From Auanema rhodensis (taxonomy: Eukaryota; Animalia; Nematoda): 64,000 nt of DNA. The position numbers and the translations under genes were made by a program. Shown in pieces: positions 41,201 to 54,770 of the stretch (its first letter is position 1; the number at the start of each line of letters is the position of its first letter). The stretch spans positions 1 through 64,000 of the forward strand of contig CAXKVF010000081.1 of the NCBI GenBank assembly GCA_964057225.1, given 5' to 3'. The notes beneath the pieces were generated by a model. It searched no databases. It was not told where the DNA came from and saw only the letters and a program-made list of their open reading frames with translations.

Positions 41201-44200
41201 TTAGACTAATATGGACATGGGGAATCTAATTTTGAAAACCGCATCTCTTTATCTTTCACGTGAAGCGAGTTACATATCAAGTGCACATCACGTGTACATT
41301 TAATTAGCATAAATTAAAGTTCACGTAAATTTCAAAGTCATGGTTACCATTAACCAATATCAATAAAAATTTGTTTTTAGACTAATATGGACATGGGGAA
41401 TCTGATTTTGAAAACCGCATCTCTTTATCTTTCACGTGAAGCGAGTTACATACCAAGTGCACATCACGTGTACATTTAATTAGCATAAATTAAAGTTCAC
41501 GTAAATTTCAAAGTCATGGTTACCATTAACCAATATCAATAAAAATTTGTTTTTAGACTAATATGGACATGGGGAATCTAATTTTGAAAACCGCATCTCT
41601 TTATCTTTCACGTGAAGCGAGTTACATATCAAGTGCACATCACGTGTACATTTAATTAGCATAAATTAAAGTTCACGTAAATTTCAAAGTCATGGTTACC
41701 ATTAACCAATATCAATAAAAATTTGTTTTTAGACTAATATGGACATGAGGAATCTAATTTTGAAAACCGCATCTCTTTATCTTTCACGTGAAGCGAGTTA
41801 CATACCAAGTGCACATCACGTGTACATTTAATTAGCATAAATTAAAGTTCACGTAAATTTCAAAGTCATGGTTACCATGCACCAATATCAATAAAAATTT
41901 GTTTTTAGACTAATATGGACATGAGGAATCTAATTTTGAAAACCGCATCTCTTTATCTTTCACGTGAAGCGAGTTACATACCAAGTGCACATCACGTGTA
42001 CATTTAATTAGCATAAATTAAAGTTCACGTAAATTTCAAAGTCATGGTTACCATGCACCAATATCAATAAAAATTTGTTTTTAGACTAATATGGACATGG
42101 GGAATCTAATTTTGAAAACCGCATCTCTTTATCTTTCACGTGAAGCGAGTTACATACCAAGTGCACATCACGTGTACATTTAATTAGCATAAATTAAAGT
42201 TCACGTAAATTTTAAAGTCGTGGTTACCATGCACCAATATCAATAAAAATTTGTTTTTAGACTAATATGGACATGAGGAATCTAATTTTGAAAACCGCAT
42301 CTCTTTATCTTTCACGTGAAGCGAGTTACATACCAAGTGCACATCACGTGTACATTTAATTAGCATAAATCAAAGTTCACGTAAATTTCAAAGTCATGGT
42401 TACCATGCACCAATATCAATAAAAATTTGTTTTTAGACTAATATGGACATGGGGAATCTAATTTTGAAAACCGCATCTCTTTATCTTTCACGTGAAGCGA
42501 GTTACATACCAAGTGCACATCACGTGTACATTTAATTAGCATAAATTAAAGTTCACGTAAATTTCAAAGTCATGGTTACCATGCACCAATATCAATAAAA
42601 ATCTGTTTTTAGACTAATATGGACATGGGGAATCTAATTTTGAAAACCGCATCTCTTTATCTTTCACGTGAAGCGAGTTACATACCAAGTGCACATCACG
42701 TGTACATTTAATTAGCATAAATCAAAGTTCACGTAAATTTCAAAGTCATGGTTACCATGCACCAATATCAATAAAAATTTGTTTTTAGACTAATATGGAC
42801 ATGGGGAATCTAATTTTGAAAACCGCATCTCTTTATCTTTCACGTGAAGCGAGTTACATACCAAGTGCACATCACGTGTACATTTAATTAGCATAAATCA
42901 AAGTTCACGTAAATTTCAAAGTCATGGTTACCATGCACCAATATCAATAAAAATTTGTTTTTAGACTAATATGGACATGGGGAATCTAATTTTGAAAACC
43001 GCATCTCTTTATCTTTCACGTGAAGCGAGTTACATACCAAGTGCACATCACGTGTACATTTAATTAGCATAAATTAAAGTTCACGTAAATTTCAAAGTCA
43101 TGGTTACCATGCACCAATATCAATAAAAATCTGTTTTTAGACTAATATGGACATGGGGAATCTAATTTTGAAAACCGCATCTCTTTATCTTTCACGTGAA
43201 GCGAGTTACATACCAAGTGCACATCACGTGTACATTTAATTAGCATAAATTAAAGTTCACGTAAATTTCAAAGTCATGGTTACCATGCACCAATATCAAT
43301 AAAAATTTGTTTTTAGACTAATATGGACATGGGCAATCTAATTTTGAGAACCGCATCTCTTTATCTTTCACGTGAAGCGAGTTACATACCAAGTGCACAT
43401 CACGTGTACATTTAATTAGCATAAATTAAAGTTCACGTAAATTTCAAAGTCATGGTTACCATGCACCAATATCAATAAAAATTTGTTTTTAGACTAATAT
43501 GGACATGGGGAATCTAATTTTGAAAACCGCATCTCTTTATCTTTCACGTGAAGCGAGTTACATACCAAGTGCACATCACGTGTACATTTAATTAGCATAA
43601 ATTAAAGTTCACGTAAATTTCAAAGTCATGGTTACCATGCACCAATATCAATAAAAATTTGTTTTTAGACTAATATGGACATGGGGAATCTAATTTTGAA
43701 AACCGCATCTCTTTATCTTTCACGTGAAGCGAGTTACATACCAAGTGCACATCAAGTGTACATTTAATTAGCATAAATTAAAGTTCACGTAAATTTCAAA
43801 GTCATGGTTACCATGCACCAATATCAATAAGAATTTTTTTTTAGACTAATATGGACATGGGGAATCTAATTTTGAAAACCGCATCTCTTTATCTTTCACG
43901 TGAAGCGAGTTACATACCAAGTGCACATCACGTGTACATTTAATTAGCATAAATTAAAGTTCACGTAAATTTCAAAGTCATGGTTATCATGCACCAATAT
44001 CAATAAAAATTTGTTTTTAGACTAATATGGACATGAGGAATCTAATTTTGAAAACCGCATCTCTTTATCTTTCACGTGAAGCGAGTTACATACCAAGTGC
44101 ACATCACGTGTACATTTAATTAGCATAAATTAAAGTTCACGTAAATTTCAAAGTCATGGTTACCATGCACCAATATCAATAAAAATTTGTTTTTAGACTA

Positions 44201-47200
44201 ATATGGACATGAGGAATCTAATTTTGAAAATCGCATCTCTTTATCTTTCACGTGAAGCGAGTTACATACCAAGTGCACATCACGTGTACATTTAATTAGC
44301 ATAAATTAAAGTTCACGTAAATTTCAAAGTCGTGGTTACCATGCACCAATATCAATAAAAATTCGTTTTTAGACTAATATGGACATGGGGAATCTAATTT
44401 TGAAAACCGCATCTCTTTATCTTTCACGTGAAGCGAGTTACATACCAAGTGCACATCACGTGTACATTTAATTAGCATAAATTAAAGTTCACGTAAATTT
44501 CAAAGTCATGGTTACCATGCACCAATATCAATAAAAATTTGTTTTTAGACTAATATGGACATGGGGAATCTAATTTTGAAAACCGCATCTCTTTATCTTT
44601 CACGTGAAGCGAGTTACATACCAAGTGCACATCACGTGTACATTTAATTAGCATAAATTAAAGTTCACGTAAATTTCAAAGTCGTGGTTACCATGCACCA
44701 ATATCAATAAAAATTCGTTTTTAGACTAATATGGACATGGGAAATCTAACATTGAAAACCGCATCTCTTTATCTTTCACGTGAAGCGAGTTACATACCAA
44801 GTGCACATCACGTGTACATTTAATTAGCATAAATTAAAGTTCACGTAAATTTCAAAGTCATGGTTACCATGCACCAATATCAATAAAAATTTGTTTTTAG
44901 ACTAATATGGACATGAGTAATCTAATTTTGAAAACCGCATCTCTTTATCTTTCACGTGAAGCGAGTTACATACCAAGTGCACATCACGTGTACATTTAAT
45001 TAGCATAAATTAAAGTTCACGTAAATTTCAAAGTCATGGTTACCATGCACCAATATCAATAAAAATTTGTTTTTAGACTAATATGGACATGGGGGATCAA
45101 ATTTTGAAAACCGCATCTCTTTATCTTTCACGTGAAGCGAGTTACATACCAAGTGCACATCACGTGTACATTTAATTAGCATAAATTAAAGTTCACGTAA
45201 ATTTCAAAGTCATGGTTACCATGAACCAATATCAATAAAAATTTGTTTTTTGACTAATATGGACATGGGGAATCTAATTTTGAAAACCGCATCTTTTTAT
45301 CTTTCACGTGAAGCGAGTTACATACCAAGTGCACATCACGTGTACATTTAATTAACATAAATTAAAGTTCACGTAAATTTCAAAGTCATGGTTACCATGC
45401 ACCAATATCAATAAAAATTTGTTTTCAGTCTAATATGGACATGAGGAATCTAATTTTGGAAACCGCATCTCTTTATCTTTCACGTGAAGCGAGTTACATA
45501 CCAAGTGCACATCACGTGTACATTTAATTAGCATAAATTAAAGTTCACGTAAATTTCAAAGTCATGGTTACCATGCACCAATATCAATAAAAATTTGTTT
45601 TTAGACTAATATGGACATGAGGAATCTAATTTTGAAAACCGCATCTCTTTATCTTTCATGTGAAGCGAGTTACATACCAAGTGCACATCACGTGTACATT
45701 TAATTAGCATAAATTAAAGTTCACGTAAATTTCAAAGTCATGGTTACCATGCACCAATATCAATAAAAATATGTTTTTAGACTAATATGGACATGGGGAA
45801 TCTAATTTTGAAAACCGCATCTCTTTATCTTTCACGTGAAGCGAGTTACATACCAAGTGCACATCACGTGTACATTTAATTAGCATAAATTAAAGTTCAC
45901 GTAAATTTCAAAGTCGTGGTTACCATGCACCAATATCAATAAAATTCGTTTTTAGACTAATATGGACATGGGGAATCTAACTTTGAAAACCGCATCTCTT
46001 TATCTTTCACGTGAAGCGAGTTACATACCAAGTGCACATCACGTGTACATTTAATTAGCATAAATTAAAGTTCACGTAAATTTCAAAGTCATGGTTACCA
46101 TGCACCAATATCAATAAAAATTTGTTTTTAGACTAATATGGACATGAGGAATCTAATTTTAAAAACCGCATCTCTTTATCTTTCACGTGAAGCGAGTTAC
46201 ATACCAAGTGCACATCACGTGTACATTTAATTAGCATAAATTAAAGTTCACGTAAATTTCAAAGTCATGGTTACCATGCACCAATATCAATAAAAATTTG
46301 TTTTTAGACTAATATGGACATGGGGAATCAAATTTTGAAAACCGCATCTCTTTATCTTTCACGTGAAACGAGTTACATACCAAGTGCACATCACGTGTAC
46401 ATTTAATTAGCATAAATTAAAGTTCACGTAAATTTCAAAGTCATGGTTACCATGAACCAATATCAATAAAAATTTGTTTTTTGACTAATATGGACATGGG
46501 GAATCTAATTTTGAAAACCGCATCTCTTTATCTTTCACGTGAAGCGAGTTACATACCAAGTGCACATCACGTGTACATTTAATTAGCATAAATTAAAGTT
46601 CACGTAAATTTCAAAGTCATGGTTACCATGCACCAATATCAATAAAAATTTGTTTTTAGACTAATATGGACATGAGGAATCTAATTTTGAAAACCGCATC
46701 TCTTTATCTTTCACGTGAAGCGAGTTACATACCAAGTGCACATCACGTGTACATTTAATTAGCATAAATTAAAGTTCACGTAAATTTCAAAGTCATGGTT
46801 ACCATGCACCAATATCAATAAAAATTTGTTTTTAGACTAATATGGACATGAGGAATCTAATTTTGAAAACCGCATCTCTTTATCTTTCACGTGAAGCGAG
46901 TTACATACCAAGTGCACATCACGTGTACATTTAATTAGCATAAATTAAAGTTCACGTAAATTTCAAAGTCATGGTTACCATGCACCAATATCAATAAAAA
47001 TTTGTTTTTAGACTAATATGGACATGGGGAATCTAATTTTGAAAACCGCATCTCTTTATCTTTCAAGTGAAGCGAGTTACATACCAAGTGCACATCACGT
47101 GTACATTTAATTAGCATAAATTAAAGTTCACGTAAATTTCAAAGTCGTGGTTACCATGCACCAATATCAATAAAAATTCGTTTTTAGACTAATATGAACA

Positions 47201-50200
47201 TGGGGAATCTAACTTTAAAAACCGCATCTCTTTATCTTTCACGTGAAGCGAGTTACATACCAAGTGCACATCACGTGTACATTTAATTAGCATAAATTAA
47301 AGTTCACGTAAATTTCAAAGTCATGGTTACCATGCACCAATATCAATAAAAATTTGTTTTTAGACTAATATGGACATGGGCAATCTAATTTTGAAAACCG
47401 CATCTCTTTATCTTTCAAGTGAAGCGAGTTACATACCAAGTGCACATCACGTGTACATTTAATTAGCATAAATTAAAGTTCACGTAAATTTCAAAGTCAT
47501 GGTTACCATGCACCAATATCAATAAAAATTTGTTTTTAGACTAATATGGACATGGGGAATCTAATTTTGAAAACCGCATCTCTTTATCTTTCACGTGAAG
47601 CGAGTTACATACCAAGTGCACATCACGTGTACATTTAATTAGCATAAATTAAAGTTCACGTAAATTTCAAAGTCATGGTTACCATGCACCAATATCAATA
47701 AAAATTTGTTTTTAGACTAATATGGACATGAGGAATCTAATTTTGAAAACCGCATCTCTTTATCTTTCACGTGAAGCGAGTTACATACCAAGTGCACATC
47801 ACGTGTACATTTAATTAGCATAAATTAAAGTTCACGTAAATTTCAAAGTCATGGTTACCATGAACCAATATCAATAAAAATTTGTTTTTTGACTAATATG
47901 GACATGGGGAATCTAATTTTGAAAACCGCATTTCTTTATCTTTCACGTGAAGCGAGTTACATACCAAGTGCACATCACGTGTACATTTAATTAGCATAAA
48001 TTAAAGTTCACGTAAATTTCAAAGTCATGGTTACCATGCACCAATATCAATAAAAATTTGTTTTTAGACTAATATGGACATGAGGAATCTAATTTTGAAA
48101 ACCGCATCTCTTTATCTTTCACGTGAAGCGAGTTACATACCAAGTGCACATCACGTGTACATTTAATAAGCATAAATTAAAGTTCACGTAAATTTCAAAG
48201 TCATGGTTACCATGCACCAATATCAATAAAAATTTGTTTTTAGACTAATATGGACATGAGGAATCTAATTTTGAAAACCGCATCTCTTTATCTTTCACGT
48301 GAAGCGAGTTACATACCAAGTGCACATCACGTGTACATTTAATTAGCATAAATTAAAGTTCACGTAAATTTCAAAGTCATGGTTACCATGCACCAATATC
48401 AATAAAAATTTGTTTTTAGACTAATATGGACATGGGGAATCTAATTTTGAAAACCGCATCTCTTTATCTTTCACGTGAAGCGAGTTACATACCAAGTGCA
48501 CATCACGTGTACATTTAATTAGCATAAATTAAAGTTCACGTAAATTTCAAAGTCGTGGTTACCATGCACCAATATCAATAAAAATTCGTTTTTAGACTAA
48601 TATGGACATGGGGAATCTAACTTTGAAAACCGCATCTCTTTATCTTTCACGTGAAGCGAGTTACATACCAAGTGCACATCACGTGTACATTTAATTAGCA
48701 TAAATTAAAGTTCACGTAAATTTCAAAGTCATGGTTACCATGCACCAATATCAATAAAAATTTGTTTTTAGACTAATATGGACATGGGCAATCTAATTTT
48801 GAAAACCGCATTTCTTTATCTTTCAAGTGAAGCGAGTTACATACCAAGTGCACATCACGTGTACATTTAATTAGCATAAATTAAAGTTCACGTAAATTTC
48901 AAAGTCATGGTTACCATGCACCAATATCAATAAAAATTTGTTTTTAGACTAATATGGACATGGGGAATCTAATTTTGAAAACCGCATCTCTTTATCTTTC
49001 ACGTGAAGCGAGTTACATATCAAGTGCACATCACGTGTACATTTAATTAGCATAAATTAAAGTTCACGTAAATTTCAAAGTCATGGTTACCATTAACCAA
49101 TATCAATAAAAATTTGTTTTTAGACTAATATGGACATGGGGAATCTAATTTTGAAAACCGCATCTCTTTATCTTTCACGTGAAGCGAGTTACATACCAAG
49201 TGCACATCACGTGTACATTTAATTAGCATAAATTAAAGTTCACGTAAATTTCAAAGTCATGGTTACCATGCACCAATATCAATAAAAATCTGTTTTTAGA
49301 CTAATATGGACATGGGGAATCTAATTTTGAAAACCGCATCTCTTTATCTTTCACGTGAAGCGAGTTACATACCAAGTGCACATCACGTGTACATTTAATT
49401 AGCATAAATCAAAGTTCACGTAAATTTCAAAGTCATGGTTACCATGCACCAATATCAATAAAAATTTGTTTTTAGACTAATATGGACATGGGGAATCTAA
49501 TTTTGAAAACCGCATCTCTTTATCTTTCACGTGAAGCGAGTTACATATCAAGTGCACATCACGTGTACATTTAATTAGCATAAATTAAAGTTCACGTAAA
49601 TTTCAAAGTCATGGTTACCATTAACCAATATCAATAAAAATTTGTTTTTAGACTAATATGGACATGGGGAATCTGATTTTGAAAACCGCATCTCTTTATC
49701 TTTCACGTGAAGCGAGTTACATACCAAGTGCACATCACGTGTACATTTAATTAGCATAAATTAAAGTTCACGTAAATTTCAAAGTCATGGTTACCATTAA
49801 CCAATATCAATAAAATTTGTTTTTAGACTAATATGGACATGGGGAATCTAATTTTGAAAACCGCATCTCTTTATCTTTCACGTGAAGCGAGTTACATATC
49901 AAGTGCACATCACGTGTACATTTAATTAGCATAAATTAAAGTTCACGTAAATTTCAAAGTCATGGTTACCATTAACCAATATCAATAAAAATTTGTTTTT
50001 AGACTAATATGGACATGGGGAATCTAATTTTGAAAACCGCATCTCTTTATCTTTCACGTGAAGCGAGTTACATACCAAGTGCACATCACGTGTACATTTA
50101 ATTAGCATAAATTAAAGTTCACGTAAAATTCAAAGTCATGGTTACCATGCACCAATATCAATAAAAATTTGTTTTTAGACTAATATGGACATGAGGAATC

Positions 50201-51222
50201 TAATTTTGAAAACCGCATCTCTTTATCTTTCACGTGAAGCGAGTTACATACCAAGTGCACATCACGTGTACATTTAATTAGCATAAATCAAAGTTCACGT
50301 AAATTTCAAAGTCATGGTTACCATGCACCAATATCAATAAAAATTTGTTTTTAGACTAATATGGACATGGGGAATCTAATTTTGAAAACCGCATCTCTTT
50401 ATCTTTCACGTGAAGCGAGTTACATACCAAGTGCACATCACGTGTACATTTAATTAGCATAAATTAAAGTTCACGTAAATTTCAAAGTCATGGTTACCAT
50501 GCACCAATATCAATAAAAATCTGTTTTTAGACTAATATGGACATGGGGAATCTAATTTTGAAAACCGCATCTCTTTATCTTTCACGTGAAGCGAGTTACA
50601 TACCAAGTGCACATCACGTGTACATTTAATTAGCATAAATCAAAGTTCACGTAAATTTCAAAGTCATGGTTACCATGCACCAATATCAATAAAAATTTGT
50701 TTTTAGACTAATATGGACATGGGGAATCTAATTTTGAAAACCGCATCTCTTTATCTTTCACGTGAAGCGAGTTACATACCAAGTGCACATCACGTGTACA
50801 TTTAATTAGCATAAATCAAAGTTCACGTAAATTTCAAAGTCATGGTTACCATGCACCAATATCAATAAAAATTTGTTTTTAGACTAATATGGACATGGGG
50901 AATCTAATTTTGAAAACCGCATCTCTTTATCTTTCACGTGAAGCGAGTTACATACCAAGTGCACATCACGTGTACATTTAATTAGCATAAATTAAAGTTC
51001 ACGTAAATTTCAAAGTCATGGTTACCATGCACCAATATCAATAAAAATCTGTTTTTAGACTAATATGGACATGGGGAATCTAATTTTGAAAACCGCATCT
51101 CTTTATCTTTCACGTGAAGCGAGTTACATACCAAGTGCACATCACGTGTACATTTAATTAGCATAAATTAAAGTTCACGTAAATTTCAAAGTCATGGTTA
51201 CCATGCACCAATATCAATAAAA
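35210..51222. repeat. Large (~8.1 kb, ~46-monomer) tandem segmental duplication: ~35210-43304 and ~43305-51222
   Basis: Rare markers are paired at offset 8095 (35239/43334, 35736/43831, 35892/43987, 37331/45426, shared 1-bp deletion ~37849/~45944), then 8271 (38926/47197, 41404/49675), then 7918 (42371/50289, 42603/50521, 43131/51049). Confidence 0.9.
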
Positions 51223-54200
51223 ATCTGTTTTTAGACTAATATGGACATGGGGAATCTAATTTTGAAAACCGCATCTCTTTATCTTTCACGTGAAGCGAGT
51301 TACATACCAAGTGCACATCACGTGTACATTTAATTAGCATAAATCAAAGTTCACGTAAATTTCAAAGTCATGGTTACCATGCACCAATATCAATAAAAAT
51401 TTGTTTTTAGACTAATATGGACATGGGGAATCTAATTTTGAAAACCGCATCTCTTTATCTTTCACGTGAAGCGAGTTACATACCAAGTGCACATCACGTG
51501 TACATTTAATTAGCATAAATTAAAGTTCACGTAAATTTCAAAGTCATGGTTACCATGCACCAATATCAATAAAAATCTGTTTTTAGACTAATATGGACAT
51601 GGGGAATCTAATTTTGAAAACCGCATCTCTTTATCTTTCACGTGAAGCGAGTTACATACCAAGTGCACATCACGTGTACATTTAATTAGCATAAATTAAA
51701 GTTCACGTAAATTTCAAAGTCATGGTTACCATGCACCAATATCAATAAAAATCTGTTTTTAGACTAATATGGACATGGGGAATCTAATTTTGAAAACCGC
51801 ATCTCTTTATCTTTCACGTGAAGCGAGTTACATACCAAGTGCACATCACGTGTACATTTAATTAGCATAAATCAAAGTTCACGTAAATTTCAAAGTCATG
51901 GTTACCATGCACCAATATCAATAAAAATTTGTTTTTAGACTAATATGGACATGGGGAATCTAATTTTGAAAACCGCATCTCTTTATCTTTCACGTGAAGC
52001 GAGTTACATATCAAGTGCACATCACGTGTACATTTAATTAGCATAAATTAAAGTTCACGTAAATTTCAAAGTCATGGTTACCATTAACCAATATCAATAA
52101 AAATTTGTTTTTAGACTAATATGGACATGGGGAATCTAATTTTGAAAACCGCATCTCTTTATCTTTCACGTGAAGCGAGTTACATACCAAGTGCACATCA
52201 CGTGTACATTTAATTAGCATAAATTAAAGTTCACGTAAATTTCAAAGTCATGGTTACCATTAACCAATATCAATAAAAATTTGTTTTTAGACTAATATGG
52301 ACATGGGGAATCTAATTTTGAAAACCGCATCTCTTTATCTTTCACGTGAAGCGAGTTACATATCAAGTGCACATCACGTGTACATTTAATTAGCATAAAT
52401 TAAAGTTCACGTAAATTTCAAAGTCATGGTTACCATTAACCAATATCAATAAAAATTTGTTTTTAGACTAATATGGACATGGGGAATCTAATTTTGAAAA
52501 CCGCATCTCTTTATCTTTCACGTGAAGCGAGTTACATACCAAGTGCACATCACGTGTACATTTAATTAGCATAAATTAAAGTTCACGTAAATTTCAAAGT
52601 CATGGTTACCATGCACCAATATCAATAAAAATCTGTTTTTAGACTAATATGGACATGGGGAATCTAATTTTGAAAACCGCATCTCTTTATCTTTCACGTG
52701 AAGCGAGTTACATACCAAGTGCACATCACGTGTACATTTAATTAGCATAAATTAAAGTTCACGTAAATTTCAAAGTCATGGTTACCATGCACCAATATCA
52801 ATAAAAATTTGTTTTTAGACTAATATGGACATGAGGAATCTAATTTTGAAAACCGCATCTCTTTATCTTTCACGTGAAGCGAGTTACATACCAAGTGCAC
52901 ATCACGTGTACATTTAATTAGCATAAATTATAGTTCACGTAAATTTCAAAGTCATGGTTACCATGCACCAATATCAATAAAAATTTGTTTTTAGACTAAT
53001 ATGGACATGGGGAATCTAATTTTGAAAACCGCATCTCTTTATCTTTCACGTGAAGCGAGTTACATACCAAGTGCACATCACGTGTACATTTAATTAGCAT
53101 AAATTAAAGTTCACGTAAATTTCAAAGTCGTGGTTACCATGCACCAATATCAATAAAAATTCGTTTTTAGACTAATATGGACATGGGGAATCTAACTTTG
53201 AAAACCGCATCTCTTCATCTTTCACGTGAAGCGAGTTACATACCAAGTGCACATCACGTGTACATTTAATTAGCATAAATTAAAGTTCACGTAAATTTCA
53301 AAGTCATGGTTACCATGCACCAATATCAATAAAAATCTGTTTTTAGACTAATATGGACATGGGGAATCTAATTTTGAAAACCGCATCTCTTTATCTTTCA
53401 CGTGAAGCGAGTTACATACCAAGTGCACATCACGTGTACATTTAATTAGCATAAATCAAAGTTCACGTAAATTTCAAAGTCATGGTTACCATGCACCAAT
53501 ATCAATAAAAATTTGTTTTTAGACTAATATGGACATGGGGAATCTAATTTTGAAAACCGCATCTCTTTATCTTTCACGTGAAGCGAGTTACATATCAAGT
53601 GCACATCACGTGTACATTTAATTAGCATAAATTAAAGTTCACGTAAATTTCAAAGTCATGGTTACCATTAACCAATATCAATAAAAATTTGTTTTTAGAC
53701 TAATATGGACATGGGGAATCTAATTTTGAAAACCGCATCTCTTTATCTTTCACGTGAAGCGAGTTACATACCAAGTGCACATCACGTGTACATTTAATTA
53801 GCATAAATTAAAGTTCACGTAAATTTCAAAGTCATGGTTACCATTAACCAATATCAATAAAAATTTGTTTTTAGACTAATATGGACATGGGGAATCTAAT
53901 TTTGAAAACCGCATCTCTTTATCTTTCACGTGAAGCGAGTTACATATCAAGTGCACATCACGTGTACATTTAATTAGCATAAATTAAAGTTCACGTAAAT
54001 TTCAAAGTCATGGTTACCATTAACCAATATCAATAAAAATTTGTTTTTAGACTAATATGGACATGGGGAATCTAATTTTGAAAACCGCATCTCTTTATCT
54101 TTCACGTGAAGCGAGTTACATACCAAGTGCACATCACGTGTACATTTAATTAGCATAAATTAAAGTTCACGTAAATTTTAAAGTCATGGTTACCATTAAC

Positions 54201-54770
54201 CAATATCAATAAAAATTTGTTTTAAGACTAATATGGACATGGGGAATCTAATTTTGAAAACCGCATCTCTTTATCTTTCACGTGAAGCGAGTTACATACC
54301 AAGTGCACATCACGTGTACATTTAATTAGCATAAATTAAAGTTCACGTAAATTTCAAAGTCATGGTTACCATGCACCAATATCAATAAAAATCTGTTTTT
54401 AGACTAATATGGACATGGGGAATCTAATTTTGAAAACCGCATCTCTTTATCTTTCACGTGAAGCGAGTTACATACCAAGTGCACATCACGTGTACATTTA
54501 ATTAGCATAAATTAAAGTTCACGTAAATTTCAAAGTCATGGTTACCATGCACCAATATCAATAAAAATTTGTTTTTAGACTAATATGGACATGAGGAATC
54601 TAATTTTGAAAACCGCATCTCTTTATCTTTCACGTGAAGCGAGTTACATACCAAGTGCACATCACGTGTACATTTAATTAGCATAAATTATAGTTCACGT
54701 AAATTTCAAAGTCATGGTTACCATGCACCAATATCAATAAAAATTTGTTTTTAGACTAATATGGACATGG

